Source: Candidatus Aenigmatarchaeota archaeon
GTDB lineage: Archaea > Aenigmatarchaeota > Aenigmatarchaeia > GW2011-AR5
Direction of reading: 5' to 3'
Assembly: GCA_016198685.1 (NCBI GenBank)
Contig: JACQID010000008.1
Location: 64,001 to 128,000 of the forward strand
Length of the DNA: 64,000 nucleotides
Shown here: positions 9,486 to 18,764 of the stretch, piece after piece
Position numbering within the stretch: the stretch's first letter is position 1
Layout: each line of letters starts with the position of its first letter
Notes under the pieces: model-generated
The model's input: only the letters and a program-made list of their open reading frames with translations
Database searches by the model: none
What the model was told of the DNA's origin: nothing
Made by a program: the position numbers and the translations under genes

Positions 9486-9881
9486 ATGATCGTGCTTGAT
9501 ACCGATGCCCTGATAGAGCTGGAAAGGAATAACGCAAAGGTTATAGAAAGGATAAGCAAAATGAGGAAGGAGCACCCGGAAGATATTTCCATCACATCTG
9601 CGGTATATGCGGAATTCTCGTTTGGCCTCATGAACTTGAGCAAAGAAAAGCAGGACCTCACTGTTGCATCCCTGAATCGATATAGGGTACTGGATTTTGA
9701 CAGGCCGTCGGCTTCTGAATTCGCTAAGCTGAAATGGAAATTGGAAAAAGAAGGCAGAGTCGTGCCGATAATGGATTTGGTTACCGCATCAATATCTATG
9801 AGACACGGCGCCACGCTCGTCACAGGCGACGCACATTATGAACGGATAAACGGTCTGAACGTGATTATGCTTAATTTATAA
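9486..9881 (+). CDS. vapC: VapC-family PIN-domain toxin
   Basis: MIVLDTDALI, SAVYAEFSFG, MDLVTASI, LVTGDAHYERI; PIN acidic residues. Confidence 0.9.
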   Translation: MIVLDTDALIELERNNAKVIERISKMRKEHPEDISITSAVYAEFSFGLMNLSKEKQDLTVASLNRYRVLDFDRPSASEFAKLKWKLEKEGRVVPIMDLVTASISMRHGATLVTGDAHYERINGLNVIMLNL

Positions 9882-9895
9882 TGATTGTGTATGCC

Positions 9896-11113
9896 ATGAC
9901 ATTCCAGCCGCCGAAAGGCACGAGGGATTTCTTGCCTGAGGAGATGGCAAAGAGAAGGAAAGCTTTTGATACGTGCCGCGCTGTCTTTGAAAAATATGGA
10001 TTTGGGGAAGTGGATACCCCTGTTTTTGAAAGTCTGGAAATGCTTACGGCCAAAGGCTCGTTAGGCGAAGAGGCCGTCAAGGACATATACCGCTTTGAAG
10101 ACAAATCGAAGCGCAAGCTTGGGCTTCGTTATGATCTTACTGTTCCTATAGTTCGGCTTTTCCTTTCTCAGAAATTCTCAAAGCCTGTCAAATGGTATTA
10201 TATTAATAAAGTCTGGCGTTACGAGGATATTTCCAAAGGGAGATGGCGTGAATTCTCTCAATGCGATGCCGAGATTATAGGCTCGCCTTCGGCTGAAGCA
10301 GATTCTGAAATCCTTGGCGTTGCGATAGATTGCCTGCTTTCGCTGGGGGTAAAGGATATAGATGTCCGGATAAACAGCCGCAAAATCATGGATTCTATGG
10401 CTGAGAAAGCCGGCATCAAAGAGAAGGACGCCTTATTCAGGGCAATAGACAAGCTTGAAAAGAAAGGCGAATCTGAGGTAAGAAAAGAGCTTTCTTCTTT
10501 TGCCAATGCAAAGCAGATCGATATCGTCATGAAGGCCGTGCGCTCTTCTTCAGGAGAGCCTGAATTAGATGGCATAATAGCATTGTTGCCGCAGGCATAC
10601 CGCAAATTCGTGAAACAGGATTTTTCAATAGCACGTGGTCTTGATTATTATACGGGCTTCATATTCGAAATACGCATAAAGGGCGCGGAGTCTCTTGGCT
10701 CTGTGCTTGGAGGCGGCCGGTATGATCGTCTCATAGAAAAATACGGAGGCGAGCCTACGCCTGCGACAGGTTTTGGACTTGGCATCGACCGCGTGATAGC
10801 AGGAATGAGTAATACTGCACTCAGTGAGCCGAAAGGACTTTTCATAATTTCTCTAAGCGAACCTGCTAAAGAAAAGGCTCGTGAATTAGCGCAGGAATTG
10901 CGCGTAGCGGGTATCGTTGCCGAAACTGACCTGATGGGTCGTCCTCTCTCCAAGCAGCTTGATTATGCAAACAAAAAAGGCGTGAAATACACACTTGTCA
11001 TAGGCGACAAAGAGCTTTCTTCCGGCAGGGCCATGCTTCGTGACATGAAAAGCGGGAAAGAAATTCAAGTTGGCTTGAAGGCGAAGGAAATCGCGAAAAC
11101 GCTATCGGCTTGA
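9896..11113 (+). CDS. hisS: Histidine--tRNA ligase
   Basis: PPKGTRDF, LRYDLTVP, RYE...GRWREFSQCDAE, ARGLDYYTG, GGGRYD, GFGLGIDR. Confidence 0.97.
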   Translation: MTFQPPKGTRDFLPEEMAKRRKAFDTCRAVFEKYGFGEVDTPVFESLEMLTAKGSLGEEAVKDIYRFEDKSKRKLGLRYDLTVPIVRLFLSQKFSKPVKWYYINKVWRYEDISKGRWREFSQCDAEIIGSPSAEADSEILGVAIDCLLSLGVKDIDVRINSRKIMDSMAEKAGIKEKDALFRAIDKLEKKGESEVRKELSSFANAKQIDIVMKAVRSSSGEPELDGIIALLPQAYRKFVKQDFSIARGLDYYTGFIFEIRIKGAESLGSVLGGGRYDRLIEKYGGEPTPATGFGLGIDRVIAGMSNTALSEPKGLFIISLSEPAKEKARELAQELRVAGIVAETDLMGRPLSKQLDYANKKGVKYTLVIGDKELSSGRAMLRDMKSGKEIQVGLKAKEIAKTLSA

Positions 11114-11359
11114 TTTTTTGCGGTCCGTGCTTTTTCTGCTTTTGCCCATCATCTTCTTGCGGACGGCAAAATAATATACGAGTGCGCCTATAGGGCCGCC
11201 TATGAATATTATGATTATCCAAAGCAGCTTATCCTTGAAGTCGCGCTGTATGCAGTCAATGAGCATCCATACGGTAAATGCAAGAGAGGCGAAACCGAGA
11301 ATCATAGCTAACAGAAAAAACACGCCGAATAATAATGCTAAACCTTCAAGAAGGCTCAT
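11102..11359 (-). CDS. Small membrane protein with PLD nuclease N-terminal (PLDc_N) domain
   Basis: WMLIDCIQRD...KLLWIIIIFIGGPIGALVYYF pattern; start chosen at MSLLEG. Confidence 0.8.
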   Translation of the reverse strand: MSLLEGLALLFGVFFLLAMILGFASLAFTVWMLIDCIQRDFKDKLLWIIIIFIGGPIGALVYYFAVRKKMMGKSRKSTDRKKSSR

Positions 11360-11419
11360 TCTCTTACATGGTAATATTCTATATATAAAGATAATACATC
11401 GAGGTTGCATTCTCATAGA

Positions 11420-11631
11420 ATGCAATCAAAATGTCCGCTGTACAGCAGTACGAAATTCAGCGTAGGGAACACGGATGTTATCGGAAAGCCCGACTGGTTT
11501 TCATACTATCCTTCTGAGGAAAGTCTATATTGAGAAAATCCACAGACATCAAAGTGTTTGCCTGCATGAAATGCGGGAACATGATCTTCACGGCCGATAT
11601 AGATCAGCTAAAGCAGATAGTAAAGAAATGA
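11420..11631 (+). pseudogene. Frameshifted zinc-ribbon protein
   Basis: MQSKCPLY...SYYPSEE in one frame, KSILRKSTDIKVFACMKCGNMIFTAD...* in the -1 frame; one extra A in GAGGAAAG (about 11520) restores a single ORF. Confidence 0.55.
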
Positions 11632-11691
11632 TTAATATTTCCCGCAAACCGACTATCGTAATAATACGTTATTTATGGTGCCCGTTCCAGT

Positions 11692-11802
11692 TTAATATCC
11701 AGCCATGACCCTCGCTTCCTCAAGGACGATACCACATTTCATGCAGTATGCTTCAAAACTGCTGTAAATCACTTTTCCGGACTTGCAGTTGGAACATTTC
11801 AT
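11692..11802 (-). CDS. Small TFIIB-type zinc-ribbon protein (36 aa)
   Basis: MKCSNCKSGKVIYSSFEAYCMKCGIVLEEARVMAGY*; CxxC...CxxCG; below ORF-track cut-off. Confidence 0.75.
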   Translation of the reverse strand: MKCSNCKSGKVIYSSFEAYCMKCGIVLEEARVMAGY

Positions 11803-12058
11803 AATTTAATTATCGTTTTTATGCAATAAACATTTTTCCGTGCTCTGACCAATAGATTTCAATAAATATGATAGGTTATCTCAATTGCCATGGGTTCTCA
11901 TGAGTATGGCCTATGTCGGCATTCAATAAGCTTTATAAGAATTTCGATAGTAATCAGTCATAGGCTCTTACTTCTGCCGGCGAAAGCCGGTTAGGTTAGA
12001 ACACAAAATAAAACATAGAGTTAGAATATAAAACAAAAGCATAGAATAGGTGAAATAA

Positions 12059-13882
12059 ATGAAAGAAAAGAATGCGCACAGCGCGCAGAACGTACAGAAG
12101 ATTGTACCCGATACCAGCGTGATAATATCCGGCATACTGTCGGATCTGGTGAAGAAAGGCGAATTGAAAGGGATAGAGATTATAATTCCAGAATTCGTTG
12201 TAGAGGAGCTCCGCTCCCAGGCATCCCGCGGCCGCGAGATCGGCTTCAAGGGTCTGAGGGAACTGAAGGAAATCCGCGCCCTTGAGGAAGAAAAGAAGCT
12301 TACTGTCATAAGAACAGGCAGACGCCAGACAATGGAAGAAATCCAGCTTGCCAAGTACGGCAGGATAGACGGACTCATAGTTGACGTCGCCAAACAGGAA
12401 AAAGCGGTTCTTTACACTTCTGATCGTGTCCAGCATCTGGTCGCTGAAGCCGAAGGTGTAGTTTCGGTATTCTTTGAGCCTTACCAGAAAAAGGAGACGG
12501 TTCTTGCAAAGATGCTCACAGACGATACAATGAGCTTGCATCTCAAGGAAAAATGCGCGCCTATGGCCAAGCGGGGAAGACCTGGCGAAATGAAGCTTGT
12601 GAAAATATCAGACGATCTTCTTACAGAAGAGCAAATGGAATCTATAATAAAAGAGGTCATGGATGCATGCCGGTACGAGGAGGATTCGTTCCTTGAAGTG
12701 GACGGTCATACAGCCAGCGTAGTTCAGATGGGCAATATGCGTATTGCAATAGCAAGGCCGCCGTATTCTGACGGCATAGAAATCTCGGTTGTAAGGCCAA
12801 CAGCGAAGCTTACGCTTGACGATTACAAGCTTTCTGAGAAACTGAAGAAGCGCCTCGAAGGCAAAGCCGAAGGTATACTGCTCTCCGGCCCCCCAGGATC
12901 GGGAAAAAGCACTTTCGCCGCGTCATTGGCGGAGTTCTACGAAAGCAAAAGCAAGATAGTAAAGACCATGGAATCGCCGCGTGATCTTCAGGTGAGACCG
13001 GAAATAACGCAGTACACAAAATTGAAAGGAAGCTTTGAGAATACGGCAGACATGCTTCTGCTTGTTCGTCCGGATTATGTAATCTTTGATGAAGTCCGCA
13101 AGACCAACGACTTCCATGTTTTTTCGGACATGCGCCTTGCAGGCATAGGCATGATAGGCGTTGTGCATGCAACAGATCCGGTAAGCTCGGTTCAGCGTTT
13201 CATTGGCAGGGTTGAAATGGGCATGATACCGCATATCGTAGATACGGTCGTGTATATCAAGGACGGCAAGGTAGGCAAGATATATACCCTCTCACTCATA
13301 GTCAGGACGCCTACCGGCATGACGGAAGCCGATTTGGCAAGGCCGATAGTGGAAGTACGCGACTTTGAAAGCAATGCCCTTGAATATGAAATATACAGTT
13401 ACGGTGAAGAGAACGTCATAATACCTGTCAAGGAAGAGGCAACTTCTGCAGTGCAAGAATTGGCTAAGAAACAAATTCTTGCAGAATTGCGCAAATACGA
13501 CAGGAACGCAGAAGTCGAATTCCTTTCTGACAACAGCATAACGGCATACGTAGAGAACGATGTGATGGCAAGAATAATCGGCAAAGAAGGCCGCAACATC
13601 AAGGAACTTGAAGAAAAACTTGGCTTGAGGATAGACGTTTCTCCAAGAGTCGCCACTATGGGCAAGGAAGCCAAGTTTGTCTACGACGAATCGGGCGGAT
13701 ACATACTCTTTAACTTTAACGAGCGGCTTCAGGGCCATGTAGCGAATTTTCACGTTGACGGCGAGTATCTGTTCTCGGCGACCATAGGGAAAGGAGGAAG
13801 CGTCCGGGTTTCGAAAACAAGCGACACGGGCAAGGAACTAATGAAGGCATTGGTCAAGGGAAGCCTCACTACATTCGTGTAG
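12059..13882 (+). CDS. PINc/VapC family ATPase (PINA: PIN + P-loop ATPase + KH)
   Basis: IVPDTSVII PIN, GPPGSGKST Walker A, VIFDE Walker B, IIGKEG KH loop. Confidence 0.92.
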   Translation: MKEKNAHSAQNVQKIVPDTSVIISGILSDLVKKGELKGIEIIIPEFVVEELRSQASRGREIGFKGLRELKEIRALEEEKKLTVIRTGRRQTMEEIQLAKYGRIDGLIVDVAKQEKAVLYTSDRVQHLVAEAEGVVSVFFEPYQKKETVLAKMLTDDTMSLHLKEKCAPMAKRGRPGEMKLVKISDDLLTEEQMESIIKEVMDACRYEEDSFLEVDGHTASVVQMGNMRIAIARPPYSDGIEISVVRPTAKLTLDDYKLSEKLKKRLEGKAEGILLSGPPGSGKSTFAASLAEFYESKSKIVKTMESPRDLQVRPEITQYTKLKGSFENTADMLLLVRPDYVIFDEVRKTNDFHVFSDMRLAGIGMIGVVHATDPVSSVQRFIGRVEMGMIPHIVDTVVYIKDGKVGKIYTLSLIVRTPTGMTEADLARPIVEVRDFESNALEYEIYSYGEENVIIPVKEEATSAVQELAKKQILAELRKYDRNAEVEFLSDNSITAYVENDVMARIIGKEGRNIKELEEKLGLRIDVSPRVATMGKEAKFVYDESGGYILFNFNERLQGHVANFHVDGEYLFSATIGKGGSVRVSKTSDTGKELMKALVKGSLTTFV

Positions 13883-14003
13883 CTCTTTAAAACCCACCGC
13901 TTGAAAGCGGTGGATTTGCACATCGAATTCCCGTTGTTTCATCCGCCGTGTTAATACGGCGGAATTCGATGTTTAAAGGTTTCTTTGAGATTTATTTCAG
14001 CAA

Positions 14004-14119
14004 GCTCGCGTAGCTCAGCTTGGACAGAGCACTTCCCTCCTAGAGGTGACCTGAGCCGCAAGGCGATGAAGATTCCTGGAGTGAGGAAGGGGTCGCGCGT
14101 TCAAATCGCGTCGCGGGCG
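14004..14119 (+). tRNA. tRNA-Arg(CCT) with 41-nt canonical intron (14043..14083)
   Basis: Acceptor GCTCGCG/CGCGGGC, anticodon stem CTTCC/GGAAG, CT-CCT-A|A; BHB with CTCC/GGAG helix and TAG/TGA bulges. Confidence 0.95.
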
Positions 14120-14258
14120 TTTAAGTATTCGGATATCAAATCCAATATCCGGCAAGTTGCCATTTTTTATTATCTGCTTTTGCGCAAAGACGCATCCAGT
14201 AACCTATAAATATTTCCGGCGACATGGTCATTGATATAATAATTACAGAGGTTTCCCG

Positions 14259-15566
14259 ATGAATAAGTTTTTATTGCCACTTCTTGGTTTTTTCTTTCTC
14301 GCTGTTCCTGTTTATGCAAATGTGAATCTTACTGTAAACGGCACTGACATCGCTCCTGCGTTCATCAACACAATAGACAGGACAGCAATGCTTAACCTTA
14401 CCTTTAACATAACCGGGGATATAGGTGTGGCGAGTTCTATCGTAAATGTAACTTATATAAACGTGACTATAATTAACTCTTCTTTCGGATTCAATATAAG
14501 CAATATAACTGCGGTGGAAATAATCAACGCCTCAGGCGATGTCATAGCTTCTAATACAACAAATTCCAGCGCCTCGAATTTCACAATATTTTTCATAAGA
14601 ACTAACGGGTTTGTTGTCAATTCTTCTCACGGGAATTCAAGCTTTATAATATCGCTCAACATATCCTCCGCCGGAGCATTAGACAACGCTACTGGCGTGA
14701 ATATATCGGCCAATAGCTCTATAGTTACGGCGGGCAACATCAATATAACCGTAGGAAGCAACCGAGGATATACGCATGCATATTCCAATTTCTCGCGCAT
14801 AGCGGATATCCATGCATCAGCAAGCGTCAGCCCACGATATGTGGATACTTTCACAATCAATCAGACGATGATTTATACAATAAACGTCACGGGCAGGGAC
14901 GACATAGGCAATGTCACCATCACACTTCCGGTGGAGTACACAAACATTTCCATACAGCAGATTAAGAAAGACGGTTCTGTTGTTTCTACAGACGTCACAA
15001 GCAGCAATGTAAGCAGCAAAATCAATATAACCTTCACTACTGCCGCCGGTTCTAGCATAATAATCAATTTCACGGTTAATTCTTCAGTTGCGACAGGCAA
15101 TCTGACCTTGAACACGACATTGAAGGATTACAGATTGAACACAACGGCCAATGATAATAATACGGGCGTTTCGGTGTCGCCCATAATCACAATCCATAGC
15201 ATAGTCGGATCAAAGCTGACAGCGCTGCCCAATGGCACGGATTACTGGGAATTCAATTTCACGCTTAACTTTTCGGCCAATATCAGCGGAGGATTCATGT
15301 TCAGGATGCTGGATTGGACAAACAACGCGAGCCAAACAATAAACGTGAATACGACCAATACGAGCTATGCAGAAGTGCGCCTGGATGCAGACGGCACTAA
15401 GAGCGCAAATATAACGAATTCCTATGTATTATCAAGATATCTTCCCATGACATTGGTTTCCACCTCACAGCAGCGCATTGCGCTAAAGATGATACTGCCT
15501 GCAGGCACCCCGGTATCTTCAACGTGGTGGTCCACGTATTTCATGCTGTTCAGGACAGACCCTTGA
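14259..15566 (+). CDS. Secreted Asn/Ser/Thr-rich beta-strand protein (surface glycoprotein candidate)
   Basis: Signal peptide MNKFLLPLLGFFFLAVPVYA; more than 30 N-x-S/T sequons by eye; no Cys. Confidence 0.7.
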   Translation: MNKFLLPLLGFFFLAVPVYANVNLTVNGTDIAPAFINTIDRTAMLNLTFNITGDIGVASSIVNVTYINVTIINSSFGFNISNITAVEIINASGDVIASNTTNSSASNFTIFFIRTNGFVVNSSHGNSSFIISLNISSAGALDNATGVNISANSSIVTAGNINITVGSNRGYTHAYSNFSRIADIHASASVSPRYVDTFTINQTMIYTINVTGRDDIGNVTITLPVEYTNISIQQIKKDGSVVSTDVTSSNVSSKINITFTTAAGSSIIINFTVNSSVATGNLTLNTTLKDYRLNTTANDNNTGVSVSPIITIHSIVGSKLTALPNGTDYWEFNFTLNFSANISGGFMFRMLDWTNNASQTINVNTTNTSYAEVRLDADGTKSANITNSYVLSRYLPMTLVSTSQQRIALKMILPAGTPVSSTWWSTYFMLFRTDP

Positions 15567-15576
15567 GGTATAAAAA

Positions 15577-16869
15577 ATGAAATATTTAGCAGCCTTTTTG
15601 TTAGCTTTTTCCATCTTTTTGTTGCCGGCATTTGCAGACACATCCGGCGACATAAATACGTCTCTGCCCCAGCCAATAGTAACGGGGTTCTTTGCTTATT
15701 CCGCAGGAAACTGCACGCAGAATTATGGATACCCGCCCAGCGGCTGCGGGACGTATCAATGCTTCTTCGTTGCAGGCAGCACGTCAAACGGCTCCTGCAG
15801 GCCTACAGTCAATACCGCATGCTATCAGGGCGGAACGTGGTATGCTACAGGTTCGAGCGGCCCATCGTGCAAGAATGATACTCATAAATGGAGTTGCAGT
15901 TCCGGAACATGGGCCGCCAGTGAGTGCAGCAACGGCTGCTCGGCAGGAGCATGTGCAAGCTCAAGCACAGATACCAGTACGAGTACCAGCACTTCAAGCA
16001 ACAGCAACAGCACGACTACAACAGTCAAATATTCGCTTTCAATAACATCATCAATTGATGACTTTAGTCTGATTCAAAATAGCTCTGCATTGAAATCATT
16101 GACTGTGAAGAATAACGGGGACGCGAAAGTCAATAATACCAAGCTTATTGTGGCAGGCATTCCTGATGCATGGGTCATTATATCACCGGCATCGTTTACT
16201 ACAATAAACGTCAGCTCGTCCGTTTCTTTCACTTTGAGTTTCGTAATACCTGAGAATGCGACCGTTAAGGAGTACGATGTCACGCTTACTGCCAAGTCAG
16301 ATCAAGCGGAAGCTTCGGATATCTTTAAACTCAAGGTGCTTCCAAGCACCCAAACGGTGCAGAACGTAATAATCCCGCGTTATGATGGCCTGGGCGCAAT
16401 ACTTCTGGAGCTGGAAAAGAATCTTACAGAATTAAGGAATGCCGGGATCAACAGCACCGAGATAGAGGCTCTTTTTGCGGACATAAGGGCAAAGATATTG
16501 CAGGCGAATACTTCTATATCGTCTTCGGATTATTTTGCGGCCTCTACGACAATGGATGCAATAGATTCGTTGAGTGCAGAGCTCACGCAGAAAATAGAAG
16601 CTGCCAAGGCGGCACAAAGCTCTAACACGGTTATTATCATAATTATAGTCATAGTCCTGATAGCTCTGGGAGTGGTTGCCTATATGCTCATGCCATCCAA
16701 ATTTTCCTCTGGCAAGAACTTGCCGTGGAAAGATGACAAAGACAGCAGCGGATTCCGACCAGGCAAGGGCTTTGTTCCGTCTGAAACCTCGCAGATATCC
16801 AAGATAATGAGCGATATCCAGAGGAAGAAAAAAGAAAGTGCCCGCTATCAATTCGGTGGCAAGCAATGA
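15577..16869 (+). CDS. Membrane-anchored surface protein (Cys-rich N-terminus, CARDB/NEW3-like Ig domain, helical stalk, C-terminal TM)
   Basis: Signal peptide, ECSNGCSAGAC module, S/T linker, LTVKNNGD...IPENATVKEYDVTLTA, VIIIIIVIVLIALGVVAYML. Confidence 0.7.
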   Translation: MKYLAAFLLAFSIFLLPAFADTSGDINTSLPQPIVTGFFAYSAGNCTQNYGYPPSGCGTYQCFFVAGSTSNGSCRPTVNTACYQGGTWYATGSSGPSCKNDTHKWSCSSGTWAASECSNGCSAGACASSSTDTSTSTSTSSNSNSTTTTVKYSLSITSSIDDFSLIQNSSALKSLTVKNNGDAKVNNTKLIVAGIPDAWVIISPASFTTINVSSSVSFTLSFVIPENATVKEYDVTLTAKSDQAEASDIFKLKVLPSTQTVQNVIIPRYDGLGAILLELEKNLTELRNAGINSTEIEALFADIRAKILQANTSISSSDYFAASTTMDAIDSLSAELTQKIEAAKAAQSSNTVIIIIIVIVLIALGVVAYMLMPSKFSSGKNLPWKDDKDSSGFRPGKGFVPSETSQISKIMSDIQRKKKESARYQFGGKQ

Positions 16870-17540
16870 ACTTCAGGCATGCAGGCAAGGCCATAGGCGG
16901 ACTTCTGTTCCCGCTCATACTGACACTTTTCGTGATTGCACTTTCGCTTTCACAAATAATGGAAGGCGGGGCCCTCAAGGATATCTTCATAGAAGTTATC
17001 TCGTCTCAAGTGCCTGAAGATGTCGATGATGCCAGCTTAGTTGCCGCATTCATCGCCCAGTGCAGCGGGAAAGAAACCCTCCAAGTTGATATTGGTGGGG
17101 AATATCTTCCCGTGAAATGTGAAGAGATGCGGAAATCAAAAACCGCTGAAGATGTGGCAGGCGCCATATTTGATGCGCAATACGCAAAAAAATATGACTG
17201 CAGTTTTATCGATTGCGTGAAATTCATTCCCGGAATAATCGCAACAGCGCAGGGCAACGGCGTCATAAAGAATTTATCCTACATCTTTTTGGCATTGAGC
17301 GTTATTTTTGGCGCGGTGCTCATGGCATCACTCAAAGGATTTGGCAGATTGACTTGGTTTGGAATCGCTGTAATTTCGGTCGGCGTAATGTACTTCCCGC
17401 TTCTTTATATGCCTAATATTGCAGGCGGCTTGGAAACCACCATGGTAAAGACTTTCGCATCCAATTTTTTGATAGTCCTGGTAGCAGGCTTTGCCATCGC
17501 AGCGGCAGGCGTCATTGGCGGATTGCTGAAAAAGAAATAG
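16866..17540 (+). CDS. Polytopic membrane protein
   Basis: One N-terminal and about three C-terminal hydrophobic helices with a Cys-containing loop; ATGA-coupled to the upstream gene. Confidence 0.7.
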   Translation: MNFRHAGKAIGGLLFPLILTLFVIALSLSQIMEGGALKDIFIEVISSQVPEDVDDASLVAAFIAQCSGKETLQVDIGGEYLPVKCEEMRKSKTAEDVAGAIFDAQYAKKYDCSFIDCVKFIPGIIATAQGNGVIKNLSYIFLALSVIFGAVLMASLKGFGRLTWFGIAVISVGVMYFPLLYMPNIAGGLETTMVKTFASNFLIVLVAGFAIAAAGVIGGLLKKK

Positions 17541-17838
17541 GATTTTTGGAAAGCATATTGCAGATTTCGCAGAATTTGGCAGGGAGATCGTCTTTGCCGA
17601 TGACTTTGGCGTGAAGTGCGCGGGATATTTCCTTTATTGCTTGCCTTACAGGTTCTTCCTGTAGTATGCCTCTACCTCGCAGGCTTCTCATGTACTGTGA
17701 AACTGCAGGCTGCGTTATGCCTATCAAAGATGCCGCTTCACCCTGGCTCATGCCATAATCAGCAATAAGGTCCTTTGCAATCATGGCTCTTAAGGAGGGA
17801 AAAATTTCCCGTACCATGTATTCGCAGAACGGCTGCAT
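17512..17838 (-). CDS. HTH transcriptional regulator (COG2522-like)
   Basis: PCE-like MQPFCE start, LRAMIAKDL, MSQGEAASLIGITQPAVSQYM, C-terminal CEIC. Confidence 0.85.
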   Translation of the reverse strand: MQPFCEYMVREIFPSLRAMIAKDLIADYGMSQGEAASLIGITQPAVSQYMRSLRGRGILQEEPVRQAIKEISRALHAKVIGKDDLPAKFCEICNMLSKNPISFSAIRQ

Positions 17839-17875
17839 GAGAAATAATGCGGACTGGAGTTTAAAAATCCACTGC

Positions 17876-18340
17876 TTAGAATGATCTCCCGATGGATATT
17901 GCTCTTCCTTTTTCGCTTTTCACTGCCGCAAGCCCGTTCTTTTCAAGGAATCTTCCCCACTCCTCTATCTGCAATTCATGCACGTGAAGTTTTCTTGACA
18001 TTTCTTTCACGTTGACTTCCCCCTTGTCAACTATTTCATCAAAAAGCATGCTGACATTTTTGTCCGAAGACATCTTTACTATCTCGGCATTGTCCTTCAT
18101 GAAAGGCACTATGAACCTACGGAACACGTCCTTGTGAAGTTTATTTTCCTTAGGCACCAAAGCAAGCAGCTTACGGCTGGATTCCAGCAGGGTTTCCCTT
18201 TCGCTCATGAGCGTTTTCCTTTCTTCTCCAAGTTGCTTCACTACATCTGCCAATACCGCAACTGAGGAACTGACTTTATTCAGTTTTTCTTCCATCGCTC
18301 TTATTCGTTTTTCAGTTCTTTCGTCGCGGTCCTCAAACAT
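17876..18340 (-). CDS. Coiled-coil protein with C-terminal winged-HTH-like domain
   Basis: Heptad N-terminus; KGEVNVKEMSRKLHVHELQIEEWGRFLEKNG. Confidence 0.6.
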   Translation of the reverse strand: MFEDRDERTEKRIRAMEEKLNKVSSSVAVLADVVKQLGEERKTLMSERETLLESSRKLLALVPKENKLHKDVFRRFIVPFMKDNAEIVKMSSDKNVSMLFDEIVDKGEVNVKEMSRKLHVHELQIEEWGRFLEKNGLAAVKSEKGRAISIGRSF

Positions 18341-18476
18341 AGAACTGAAATAAATGCAAAGATTATAAAACCTATCGGTCCTGAAAAGCTTTCTGAATCG
18401 GAAAGAAGCTTTTATTAAACTACGTAAATCAGGCTTTCATTACAGTATTAAACGTTGAATGCTATATCTTTTCTGT

Positions 18477-18608
18477 GCCGGCGTCGCATAACCTGGCAAC
18501 TCCGCGCTTTTTGAAAATTAAGCATGGCATCGGGAAATTGCGCTGGTCTCGAATTAACGGGATAACCAGTGTCCTCTGGACTTGCAGGTTCAAATCCTGC
18601 CGCCGGCG
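18477..18608 (+). tRNA. tRNA-Ser(CGA) with two introns: D-loop (18498..18536, 39 nt) and 37/38 (18554..18563, 10 nt)
   Basis: Acceptor GCCGGCG/CGCCGGC; after removal the D arm matches the Ser(TGA) paralog; BHB helices CCTG/CGGG and CTCG/CGGG with 3-nt bulges; long variable arm. Confidence 0.9.
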
Positions 18609-18764
18609 TCTTATTTTCATAAATCCCTCATTTATATGCATTTAACAGCCCTCCGGTTGCGCATTTTAGCCAAAAATCCCATCTGCCTATAATGGCAAGA
18701 AACGACCGGTTTCCGCCAAATTTACCTAAAATTGGAGCCAGTGTTGCGGATTTGTTGATAGGAT

